The translations under genes and the position numbers were made by a program. A stretch of DNA of 64,000 bases from a virus. Its lineage: Duplodnaviria; Caudoviricetes. Shown here one piece after another: positions 45,722 to 54,675 of this stretch; within the stretch, counting starts at the first letter, position 1, and every line of letters starts with the position of its first letter. The DNA lies in the IMG/VR virus record IMGVR_UViG_3300031466_000001, positions 1 through 64,000 of that record. One strand, given 5' to 3'. Under the pieces are notes generated by a model. It ran no database searches and was not told the origin of the DNA. It saw nothing but the letters and a program-made list of their open reading frames with translations.

Positions 45722-46786
45722 TTATAAAAAGTTTTTCTTTTTGAGCTTATCTAGATCTTTCTTAATTATTGATGAAACTTTATTTTTCCAATTTTGATCC
45801 GATGCATATTTCTTATTTATCTGAGATATGGTTGTACGACCTTTTTCGATATAACGTTCATTTATGATCTCACCAAATTCTAGAACACATTCTTCCATAC
45901 TTTCATAAGATGAAGCATTTTTATATGGATCAGAACCATAAGCATTTAGACCAAATAGATTATTTTTATTCTTAGCCAGTTTGCTGTTTCCATTTGCACT
46001 TTCAAGTTTAGCAACCGCAACGGTAAACAGAGCATTTACGTTTTCGTTCTTCTCAGCTTCAATAATAGCTTCTTCAATACCAGCAAGATTTGTTCCTTCG
46101 AGAATAAACTCAATTTGTTCTACGGTCAGATTAGAAATAGTATTAACACCATGTTCGATCGGGTTAATAATTTCGTCGTAGATTACATTTGTGTTAATTG
46201 CGTGAGTAGGCTCATAAGAAAGAATTTTGACTTCCGGTTTCTTTGTATTCGTTTCGATAACCGATTCATCTTGAGCTTGAGCTTCTTCTTCCTCTACAAG
46301 TTCTACGTAATTAGAGTGGACAAAGCCGCCCCTTACCAATTCAAGCCACGTTCCGTTAGATTCAGGTTTAATTTCAATAACGGTATCCTTTTCCAACACA
46401 TCAAGAATCTTGGTTTGGCTACTAGGACCTTCCCGAAGATTGAGATAATACGCCGTTACCATATATTTTTTAGCGGAAATAATTTCCACCGGATTTTCCT
46501 CTATAATAACGGATTCCTGTTCTTCCAATTGAGAAACATCAACATCGGTGTTATCCTGCATCACATCTTCTGCAGGAACATCTTCTTGAATGAAAAGATC
46601 AACAGGTTGTTGTTGAAGAGAAATATCTTCAACTTTTTCTTCTTCAATAATATTAGGTTGTACAGCAGCCGTGCTACCTTGTGCATAACCAGAATTGACA
46701 TTATTATCGTAAAGGAGAACCATCGTGGTAAGAAGCAGGAGTAGAGAGGTAACATATGCGAAATAATTTATATTATTTCGTTTCAT
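45722..46786 (-). CDS. Signal-anchored SH3b + GH73 glucosaminidase (cell-wall hydrolase)
   Basis: N-terminal TM, acidic linker, SH3b (LNLREGPS...GFVHSNYV), GH73 motifs AKLESANGNS, NNLFGL, YASDQNW. Confidence 0.85.
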   Translation of the reverse strand: MKRNNINYFAYVTSLLLLLTTMVLLYDNNVNSGYAQGSTAAVQPNIIEEEKVEDISLQQQPVDLFIQEDVPAEDVMQDNTDVDVSQLEEQESVIIEENPVEIISAKKYMVTAYYLNLREGPSSQTKILDVLEKDTVIEIKPESNGTWLELVRGGFVHSNYVELVEEEEAQAQDESVIETNTKKPEVKILSYEPTHAINTNVIYDEIINPIEHGVNTISNLTVEQIEFILEGTNLAGIEEAIIEAEKNENVNALFTVAVAKLESANGNSKLAKNKNNLFGLNAYGSDPYKNASSYESMEECVLEFGEIINERYIEKGRTTISQINKKYASDQNWKNKVSSIIKKDLDKLKKKNFL

Positions 46787-46844
46787 GTCAAACACCCCTT
46801 AAAAGTTTTTACTTTATCTGTTCGGTCCTCGTAAAAAATAATTT

Positions 46845-46884
46845 TCCCGTATGTAGGGGACACTTTCCTACATACGGGATTTTG
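46845..46884. terminator. Hairpin / intrinsic terminator
   Basis: TCCCGTATGTAGG/CCTACATACGGGA. Confidence 0.65.
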
Positions 46885-46890
46885 CATGTT

Positions 46891-47451
46891 TTATACTGTG
46901 GGTCCGTGAATCACATTTTTAATTTTTTGAAGGGTTCTAATTGTTTTATCAAGTTCTTCTCCCAACTGCTCTCTGAAATCAAAATCTACTGTAAATGAAT
47001 AGATGTTATTAGACGACAATGGGAAGCAGTTATTCACATTTCTATCATCCGGAGAATCATGCACCTCACGGGTTTCGAATCCATCAGACAGAGTGATATT
47101 GAGCACACCGTCCTCAGAATTAATAGTGAAATAAATGTTAGGGAGATTGACTTCTGATCTAACATTTACCTTTTGGAAAGAAATTTTCTCACTAAAAGAA
47201 TCGGATATAAATTTTACTTCTTGAACGATATCATCTTCATTAAAAATTTCTGCTTTATATTGAGGCCTTCTGGTAAGGTCATCATAATACTTATTACCGT
47301 CATAAACAGCAAGTGCAAGAACCCTTTTGTGTGTAACACCTTTTTGCATAAATACAATATTGGGAAATCTTTCACTTTTAAACAGAGCAAAATTGTCAAG
47401 TTCGGAGAGTTTTACAGGCTCGCCAACTCTTTCAATTTTGATTACGGGCAT
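46891..47451 (-). CDS. Hypothetical protein
   Basis: AGGAGG RBS before the ATG at 47451. Confidence 0.7.
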   Translation of the reverse strand: MPVIKIERVGEPVKLSELDNFALFKSERFPNIVFMQKGVTHKRVLALAVYDGNKYYDDLTRRPQYKAEIFNEDDIVQEVKFISDSFSEKISFQKVNVRSEVNLPNIYFTINSEDGVLNITLSDGFETREVHDSPDDRNVNNCFPLSSNNIYSFTVDFDFREQLGEELDKTIRTLQKIKNVIHGPTV

Positions 47452-47482
47452 TTTTTTAATAACCTCCTGAAGCGATTTGTGA

Positions 47483-49444
47483 TTATGAATAAAGTATGGT
47501 TCGCAGTAATTTTTTAAGACCCACAATTTCCTCTTTTTTGACACTGACTACAAATTTACCATAGTCACTTTCTTCATAGTATTTCATAAAATCGAAATTA
47601 GGTTCAGCTTTCTGAATTTCTTTCATATAGGTTTTGAAATCATTGATTGCAAACATCCTTGCTTTCTTGGCATTTTCAATATATTCTTTGGAAAATTTAC
47701 TTGTATCACCATGAATTACTTCACGCTCAATTTGATTAATAAGAGCGAAAAGGAATGCAAGATTGTTTTTCATACCTTCGTAATTCTTTCCTTTACTATT
47801 CATGACGAGAATTTTATGATTTTCAGCATATTCATCCATATAAGTCTTACGAGGTTTGAATTTAAATTTCATATTTCCATCTTCGTCAATAAAGAATCCT
47901 TCGGTAACAGGATTCATTAAGAATTCCTGTAATTCTTTATTGATCGGAGAAATTTTTATTGCTTTCAATGAGTGTGATTTATCAAAATCAATCTCTCTGC
48001 AAATTAGGTTGATATCATTACTCAGCTTTTCTCCGTTCTTATAAAGAACCAACAGGTAATAATCTTTATCGTTTCTTTCATCCTTTGTCAAAAGATATAA
48101 TCTATCTTTACAAATACCAAAATAGATTGGTTCGTTATTGTAATCGTGGGCCACAAATAAACGTTGGTACTTATTGGTTTTATTCATAAACAAAAGATCG
48201 GAACCGTCAAGTTTAGTTGTAAGATGTTTATTATACATCTTAATATTTTCATCACTAATTGCACTATCGAGATAAGTGATAGTGTTAATAATTTCGGCAT
48301 CCGCAAAGTTTACCAAGTCATCAAGCGAGAAGAAAGACATTTGTAATTCACTATCAGAACCATCAATGTTTGCGGCCATTTTAATAATATCTATTTCATT
48401 ATCAAGTTCTTTTTTGAGCGTCTTGAGATTTGTTTTAAGAAGAGAAAGTTTAAAATCTCTTTCATTTATGGAATTAATATATGAATTAGCAATATTGGGA
48501 TCAATAACTATCACAGAATCTTCCAATTTGTCTTTAATCCCAAGTAATACATCATTGATATCACTGGTGACTTTACTAAGGAAAGAAGCAACCGTATACA
48601 TTTCGGGTTTTGTAGAATCATGTACTTCATTATCAATAAGATTGATTGCTGAAGTAAAATACAGTTCGATCAATTTCCTACGTACGTGGTAGTAGTTACA
48701 GGGATAGTTATTAATGATTTCTTTAAACTTAGTAAATTGCTGATCAAATTTTTCTTTGTTATTAATAAGAATGCTATCACCTAAGCTAAAACTAATGTCT
48801 TCGATAATATCATAGATAAGCCTACTATTTTTCGTATCGAAATCGGAATTATACTCAATAAATTTAAAGATCATTTTATACGAATCTTTCATTGCATTAT
48901 TGATAAGTTTAAATGGATTGATACAGTGTACTTTTCTTTTAACTTGCTCAAGGCTTTTATTGTAAAAGATTCCGTCAAGGTCAAATATTTTTTGCATATC
49001 AATTTCGATTTTCTTAATTGCATCAATTGAAGATTTATCAAAAAGTTGGTCGAACATACCCGACAAAGAAAGACCAAATTCTTGATTTATTTTGTCCAGA
49101 ATCTCCTGAATTTCTTCAGTGCCAGATTCGATTAAACGATTAACCAACTCTTCCGGAACACCATAAGATTCAATCAGAATGGATTTGTCTGCGTATTTAT
49201 AAAAGGGACTATCTTTACTAATTCTGAGTTTCATACCAAGTTTAACGGCTCTTTTATTAATATTATTAGCAAGCTCGTTACGCTTTCTAGGCGGTGCGTA
49301 ACGAAAGAATTGAATGGCTTTCCTTACATGCTCTTCATCTGTAAGAGGGTACTTTCTTTCCCTAGGAAGACCGAACAATTCATCCGGAAGATTTTTTCTT
49401 TCTTCCGTAGACAATTTACTCTCGATAGTAATAAATGTTTTCAT
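47483..49444 (-). CDS. Modular virion protein with N-terminal DUF6582-like domain
   Basis: LSTEERKNLPDELFGLPRERKYPLTDEEHVRKAIQFF; xIE-S and PVTE-G linkers; late promoter at 49473-49484. Confidence 0.65.
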   Translation of the reverse strand: MKTFITIESKLSTEERKNLPDELFGLPRERKYPLTDEEHVRKAIQFFRYAPPRKRNELANNINKRAVKLGMKLRISKDSPFYKYADKSILIESYGVPEELVNRLIESGTEEIQEILDKINQEFGLSLSGMFDQLFDKSSIDAIKKIEIDMQKIFDLDGIFYNKSLEQVKRKVHCINPFKLINNAMKDSYKMIFKFIEYNSDFDTKNSRLIYDIIEDISFSLGDSILINNKEKFDQQFTKFKEIINNYPCNYYHVRRKLIELYFTSAINLIDNEVHDSTKPEMYTVASFLSKVTSDINDVLLGIKDKLEDSVIVIDPNIANSYINSINERDFKLSLLKTNLKTLKKELDNEIDIIKMAANIDGSDSELQMSFFSLDDLVNFADAEIINTITYLDSAISDENIKMYNKHLTTKLDGSDLLFMNKTNKYQRLFVAHDYNNEPIYFGICKDRLYLLTKDERNDKDYYLLVLYKNGEKLSNDINLICREIDFDKSHSLKAIKISPINKELQEFLMNPVTEGFFIDEDGNMKFKFKPRKTYMDEYAENHKILVMNSKGKNYEGMKNNLAFLFALINQIEREVIHGDTSKFSKEYIENAKKARMFAINDFKTYMKEIQKAEPNFDFMKYYEESDYGKFVVSVKKEEIVGLKKLLRTILYS

Positions 49445-49472
49445 TTAGAGTCACTCCTCGTTTTTACTTACT

Positions 49473-49484
49473 TATTTATTTGTT
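49473..49484 (-). promoter_or_regulatory. Late-type promoter AACA-N6-TA
   Basis: + strand TA TTTATT TGTT. Confidence 0.7.
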
Positions 49485-49594
49485 TCATAGAAAATATTTG
49501 CCTCTACATTCATTCACTCGTAAATTAAATCCTTGATTTTATTTATTATATCATTGATATACAATAAAAAACTATTTTAAAGGGGATGAAATAA

Positions 49595-49909
49595 ATGAAA
49601 ATCTTTAAAATTCTTTATTTGATTCTGGCCGTTGCGGTAATTTCGTCATTCAGTACCGCGGCCGTCGCTGAAGCAGCATCAATAAAAGTCGTATCTGTCA
49701 AAGTCATAAAGAAAAAAAACGACTGGCGTGCTAAACTTACCAAGGAGCAAATTAGAGAAAAGGAAAACTATGCAAAGACAGTAAAAATTTATGTTAAAAA
49801 AGAAATTGATAACGTTGAATATTTGATTACTTATGGTGCTGGTTTCCGATTGGCTAATGGTTATATTGTTACAAATGAACACGTTGTTTCCAATGGGGGG
49901 TACTTATAG
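49595..49909 (+). pseudogene. Truncated secreted trypsin-like serine protease (N-terminal fragment)
   Basis: Signal peptide ending AEA; GAGF...GYIVTNEHVV (catalytic His motif), then a stop; no Asp or Ser motifs. Confidence 0.65.
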
Positions 49910-49941
49910 GGTGGGGGAGCTTTCCTACGAGATATCTCTCT

Positions 49942-50439
49942 ATGTTCCCTATGGCTGGCTATACGTCTATCAATAACTACGAGCAACCAGCGATTTTTGT
50001 ACCGGCTGTCTTTGATCAATTTTCTGAAAAAATGCAACGGTTTTTCCTTTATCATGAATTGGGTCATATCGTTAACAATCATGTTCCAGTACCGACTCAA
50101 GAAATGATGGAGAAAATCCATAACGTAAGCCATCAGGAGATTCTTCAAACGCTCGAACAACATCTATTAAGCGAAGAAGTCGACCCGAACGAGCTTATCG
50201 CTGACGAATATGCCGCAGAACATTGTGGCGTCGGTGATGTTATCGACTCCCTGAAAGATGCTATAGGCATTTTGGAAGAGATCAATCAGGGAATAGTACA
50301 AGGAGAATTTCTGGGTTTCGATGAGCAAACAAAGAAATATTTAATTGAAACTCACAATAAATCCATTGAGGAATTGAAAAAACGCATAGACCACCTTCGT
50401 AAAAAATATTTCTACTTCGATGATTTTGAACACGTATAA
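49942..50439 (+). CDS. HExxH metallopeptidase-domain protein, possibly 5-prime truncated
   Basis: FFLYHELGH and ELIADEYAA (M48/ImmA-like); no well-spaced RBS. Confidence 0.6.
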   Translation: MFPMAGYTSINNYEQPAIFVPAVFDQFSEKMQRFFLYHELGHIVNNHVPVPTQEMMEKIHNVSHQEILQTLEQHLLSEEVDPNELIADEYAAEHCGVGDVIDSLKDAIGILEEINQGIVQGEFLGFDEQTKKYLIETHNKSIEELKKRIDHLRKKYFYFDDFEHV

Positions 50440-50489
50440 AAAATAAAGGTGTCGAGGTAAGGTACAAACCTCGACACCTTTATTTTTTT
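50438..50489. terminator. Bidirectional intrinsic terminator
   Basis: AAAAAATAAAGGTGTCGAGG/CCTCGACACCTTTATTTTTT. Confidence 0.85.
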
Positions 50490-52740
50490 AATAAGATATT
50501 TTACGAATATCATCAATCTTGTATCTAAATGGTAAAAGGACCGCAATCATATCATAATTTTCATCAAATTCCACACTATCGTCCACATAAAATTTACTGA
50601 CAGGAATTCTGCTATAGTACTTGATTTTATCCGTCAAGTCGTTATCTTTAAGGAATTTAATAAGACCATCTAAAGATAAATTAACGCCTTTTAATGAATA
50701 TCGTCTGGTAATAAAGTAGTTTATTTCTTTCAGTTCTTTTTCTTTCTCGGTCAGTCCGAAATAAACCATAGGGTTGGGATCATTTTTAAATCTAGCTGGA
50801 AGGGCCGGAATGCTCCTGAACTTTCTCAAAACTTCCTGCTCCATTTCCTTTTTTATTTCAGAATATCTATTGATGAAATTTTCTCTAACCGCTTGATCAT
50901 ATGAATTTAGTGCCTCAATCGATTTTTCGATGTATTTAACCTTTTTATCTACAAGATCTTTATTGTAGTTCTTAAGTTTACCCCTAGTTACGAAATGTAC
51001 ATCTTCGATTTCAGACAGATCATATGGTGTATATAAACTGGTATCCTTTTTCAACAAATTGGGATCTCCGGCTTTAATAATTTCGGCAACGAATTGACTA
51101 CAAAAATATTCATTTTCCCTTGAGGTTTCCTTACCTCTAGCGATATTAAATAAACCGATAAAGCTAAATTTGAGTTTGTTGGCGTTTTTCTTAAATTCTT
51201 CGAGCCTCTTTTTCATCAATCTGTATTTATCGTCATTGACAAACATAACATATAGCGAATAATTAGCATGATCTGATACGTCTTTGAAGATACCATCCCG
51301 GATATCTTCGTTAATAAAAGTCATTTTGTCATCTTTATATTTACGCCCAAAGCTATAAACATCCCTCATACTACTATCGAAACTAATACTTGCATGACTA
51401 TAAGGATCTCCGGTGAAGAATCGTATCAGTTTAGCCATATTAGTGTTGGTATATGTCAGGAGTATGAATACAGGGTGTCTCTTTTCTTTTGAGTCCATTC
51501 TTTCTAATAAAATTGTCCTATATTCTAATGCCATTTCTAAGGTTTTCTCCATGAAAATAGATTCATCGACTTTATAATTTTCTTCTACCATATTCTCTTG
51601 ATGATTGACAACTTGTGGCATCAATTCTGTATCAATAAAAATAACATGTTCTTGAGAATATGGTGATTTAGAATGTTGGAGAGCATAGGCTCTTTCACCA
51701 CGTAGAGTTGTTTCGAAACGTCTAAGAACATCTTTATTATTTTTATACTTATTCACAAATTCTTTTTGCTTTCTTTGATATTCGGAGAGAATTTCTCCGC
51801 CGTTTATAACACCCATAACAAAATCATTATTTGTATTTCTAATAAAATCATTAACAATTTCTTTTGCCGCTCTTTTTCCCTGATTAATTAACATATTCTC
51901 GTTCACAGGTTCTGCATCAGAAATAGCAGATCTACGATCGGTTAAAGTATTTTTAACAATGAAGATAGGTTTGAATTTAGGTTCAGATCCATCTGTTTTT
52001 TCATTCATTTCACTATACTGCTGTTTTAATCTATAAAGGAATTCGAAGAACGGATCATAATTTTTATTAGTTAACTTAATATAGCTGAACTGATTTTGGC
52101 TCATGATCACAGCATCTTTAAGCTGCTCTTTCTTCTTGTCAACATTTTGAATTTTATGATGTTTGTTTGGATTATCTCCACCGTCTTTGATCTCGATTTC
52201 GAGGCCAAGAGACGGAATGAAGAAATCTGGGATATAGAATTTCTTCTCTCCTTCATACTCATAATAATAAGTATGGGGTGAAGGAGACATTATGTCATCG
52301 GAGTCAAAATCCATAAATACGTCAAGAAATTTCAAAAAATCTAATTCATATGAGCCAGTATAGGGAATTTTTTTGCCATCAGACCAAGTATATTCACCGG
52401 AAATAGATCTCTTTGAAAGCATTTCTCGTTGTTTATCAGGATCGCTGAGAAGATGAACCTTACCATATTTACCAATCATACGGTTCTTAAAAATATTCCG
52501 GTATGTTTCTTTACATTTAGGATTTTTACAAAACCGATGGTATTTACCGGTTTTTTCATTCCATTCGGTAGGACGTTTGTCAATTACACATCGTCCTTCG
52601 GTTTTTCCAGTTCTTAGGGCATATTCGAATTGTGCGACAGTGAAATTTTTGGGAATTTTATCTTCATGCTCGTTGCCAATATGATCGATAAGTGATTCGT
52701 AAGAATTATATTTCTCATCACATAATTTACATTTAAACAT
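50488..52740 (-). CDS. Multidomain late protein: C2H2 zinc finger + TnsA-like PD-(D/E)xK nuclease + permuted papain-like amidase
   Basis: CKLC..HIGNEH; SYELDF..YIPDFFI..EIEIKD; YSHASISFD...YFCSQFVA (His before Cys); late promoter at 52768-52779. Confidence 0.75.
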   Translation of the reverse strand: MFKCKLCDEKYNSYESLIDHIGNEHEDKIPKNFTVAQFEYALRTGKTEGRCVIDKRPTEWNEKTGKYHRFCKNPKCKETYRNIFKNRMIGKYGKVHLLSDPDKQREMLSKRSISGEYTWSDGKKIPYTGSYELDFLKFLDVFMDFDSDDIMSPSPHTYYYEYEGEKKFYIPDFFIPSLGLEIEIKDGGDNPNKHHKIQNVDKKKEQLKDAVIMSQNQFSYIKLTNKNYDPFFEFLYRLKQQYSEMNEKTDGSEPKFKPIFIVKNTLTDRRSAISDAEPVNENMLINQGKRAAKEIVNDFIRNTNNDFVMGVINGGEILSEYQRKQKEFVNKYKNNKDVLRRFETTLRGERAYALQHSKSPYSQEHVIFIDTELMPQVVNHQENMVEENYKVDESIFMEKTLEMALEYRTILLERMDSKEKRHPVFILLTYTNTNMAKLIRFFTGDPYSHASISFDSSMRDVYSFGRKYKDDKMTFINEDIRDGIFKDVSDHANYSLYVMFVNDDKYRLMKKRLEEFKKNANKLKFSFIGLFNIARGKETSRENEYFCSQFVAEIIKAGDPNLLKKDTSLYTPYDLSEIEDVHFVTRGKLKNYNKDLVDKKVKYIEKSIEALNSYDQAVRENFINRYSEIKKEMEQEVLRKFRSIPALPARFKNDPNPMVYFGLTEKEKELKEINYFITRRYSLKGVNLSLDGLIKFLKDNDLTDKIKYYSRIPVSKFYVDDSVEFDENYDMIAVLLPFRYKIDDIRKISY

Positions 52741-52767
52741 AGCTATCCTCCGTTCTTACGTTAGTAT

Positions 52768-52779
52768 TAACTAATTGTT
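52768..52779 (-). promoter_or_regulatory. Late-type promoter AACA-N6-TA
   Basis: + strand TA ACTAAT TGTT. Confidence 0.7.
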
Positions 52780-52856
52780 TCTTTGCTTAAATAGTGTATT
52801 TTTGATTATATATTGTTAAAATAACAAATAGATATATCTTTGGGTGGTGATTGTTA

Positions 52857-53432
52857 ATGAGACTTTCTACTACCGAAGCTCATACGTTATATGTGTTGAT
52901 TAAAACGGTAAAAGATTTAATAAATGAAAATGATTTTTCTACACTGAATAGGATTAATGAAAGGTATATCGAATTGATTCCTATGTGGGAATCTTTGCTA
53001 AATAAATATAATTCTAGAATTATGGACTATCTAAATATTATAGGTCATCAATTTATAGAAGATTTTGAAGACGGTTATAGAATTTATCATGATAGAGTCA
53101 TATTGGTAGATGATAATTATATGAGAGATATATCAGAATTCGTAGACGATTTCAAACAGTATTCCTTATTGATCTTAGAAGGATTTAAAGGACTAAAAAA
53201 TAAACTTGACCAATTTATTGATCAATTAAAAGAAATAAATAAATCGATGAAGGAAATCGGTGTTCAGGTAGATTTTGAAATATCTTCTATCATAGAAGGA
53301 AATTTATTTTCTAGTGGGCAAAATGGGTGGTATGATCTATACAAAATGGCTACCTTTATCTTTAGCGAAATTGAAAAAGTGGAAAAAATAACTGAAGAGT
53401 GGAAATGGTCTTATATTCAAAATAATAAATAA
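52857..53432 (+). CDS. Hypothetical protein, paralog A
   Basis: Early-like TATATATTGT at 52807; terminator at 53427-53460; similar to the next gene. Confidence 0.75.
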   Translation: MRLSTTEAHTLYVLIKTVKDLINENDFSTLNRINERYIELIPMWESLLNKYNSRIMDYLNIIGHQFIEDFEDGYRIYHDRVILVDDNYMRDISEFVDDFKQYSLLILEGFKGLKNKLDQFIDQLKEINKSMKEIGVQVDFEISSIIEGNLFSSGQNGWYDLYKMATFIFSEIEKVEKITEEWKWSYIQNNK

Positions 53433-53532
53433 GGAAGAGAAGTACTTCTCTTCCTTATTTATTATTGGAAATTTATATATTTTATTTATATATAATAATT
53501 TTGAATAACGAATAGGAGGATAAATAAAAAAT

Positions 53533-54084
53533 ATGAGTACGAGAAATATTACAACAAAAGAAGCCGGTAAGATCTATAACTTCTTATGCATTACAATTCT
53601 TATCATCGACAATAATGATTTTCGTATTCCCGGAAAGGAAGGTAAAACTAAGACTAAAAGAAACGAATTATTACATAACAAACTCAAAGAACTCAATAAA
53701 TTTTATGTGGATAATTTTAACCATATTGATAAATTTAAAAATGCTCTCAACTTATATATCGGTGGAAGTTACAGTGTATCTGATTTGGAAAAAATGATGT
53801 TGGAGCGAGATGCGACCATTGACTTCATTAATCAGGCACGCTCATATTTCAAGTTATATCTACTAACATTTAAAACATCAGCAGAAAGATTTGGCATGAT
53901 CTTATTTCGTCTCAGACAAATTAATGCAATGATGAGAAAGAATCTGGATGTTGAATTTGATGAAGATGCAATAATAAATGTTGATGAAGATGGAAATATC
54001 AACAACTGGCTCACTATATATAAAAGAATAGAGCCTCTATATAGAGACAGCAATCTAGTCCTGAAGTTCCTTAAGAAAATATGA
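53533..54084 (+). CDS. Hypothetical protein, paralog B
   Basis: AGGAGG RBS; shares TTxEA..Y...IxxNDF and LxxIN.M...VxF..W..Y with paralog A; terminator at 54076-54114. Confidence 0.75.
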   Translation: MSTRNITTKEAGKIYNFLCITILIIDNNDFRIPGKEGKTKTKRNELLHNKLKELNKFYVDNFNHIDKFKNALNLYIGGSYSVSDLEKMMLERDATIDFINQARSYFKLYLLTFKTSAERFGMILFRLRQINAMMRKNLDVEFDEDAIINVDEDGNINNWLTIYKRIEPLYRDSNLVLKFLKKI

Positions 54085-54166
54085 GAGGGTAATAAACCCC
54101 TCTCATATTTTTTTGTTTTTTTTTTCTCTATATACAGGAAACGCTTATATATTTTTTCATTAGGGA

Positions 54167-54178
54167 GACATATTAATA
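54167..54178 (+). promoter_or_regulatory. Late promoter variant GACA-N6-TA
   Basis: 34 nt before the gp25-like start. Confidence 0.55.
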
Positions 54179-54211
54179 AAATTCTATATCTAAGAAACGA
54201 GGTGATGTAGT

Positions 54212-54637
54212 GTGGCTAATGGAATAGGGAGGGAAGTGCTATTCGGTCTGGATAATTTCCATAAACCCAAAATGCTCTCCCTGAAAGATAGCATCGCCCA
54301 GCAATTAATTAATCTGCTCCTTATGAGGCCGGGTAATATTCCTTCTCAGCCTAATTTGGGTATTAACATAAGCAAGTATCTTTATAGTATTCAAGATGGG
54401 TTTGATGCTGAGATAATAAAACAGCAAATATACAGCCAGTGTTCCCAACTCATGCCATATATTTCTCTTGGTGAAGTTATGATTTTTGTAACCACATATA
54501 AAGGATTAGACTTACTTTTGGTTTCTATCCCAATCGTTTTACCTAACGATCAAACAAATCTTCTCATCGGTTTTTCAAATACTCAAAATGATATAAATAT
54601 CGCATATCAATTCGAAGAAATGTCGGCCGCGGTTTAA
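54212..54637 (+). CDS. Baseplate wedge subunit, T4 gp25-like
   Basis: SIAQQLINLLLMRPGNIPSQPNLGINISKYL motif; size. Confidence 0.75.
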   Translation: MANGIGREVLFGLDNFHKPKMLSLKDSIAQQLINLLLMRPGNIPSQPNLGINISKYLYSIQDGFDAEIIKQQIYSQCSQLMPYISLGEVMIFVTTYKGLDLLLVSIPIVLPNDQTNLLIGFSNTQNDINIAYQFEEMSAAV

Positions 54638-54675
54638 TACCCTGAAAAAAAATAAAAGAAGAGAGGTAGAACCAC

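Noticed and set aside
51900-52740. Tn7-like transposon or free homing endonuclease
   Set aside because: The TnsA-like domain is fused within a late multidomain gene; no tnsB/tnsC, terminal repeats or intron context
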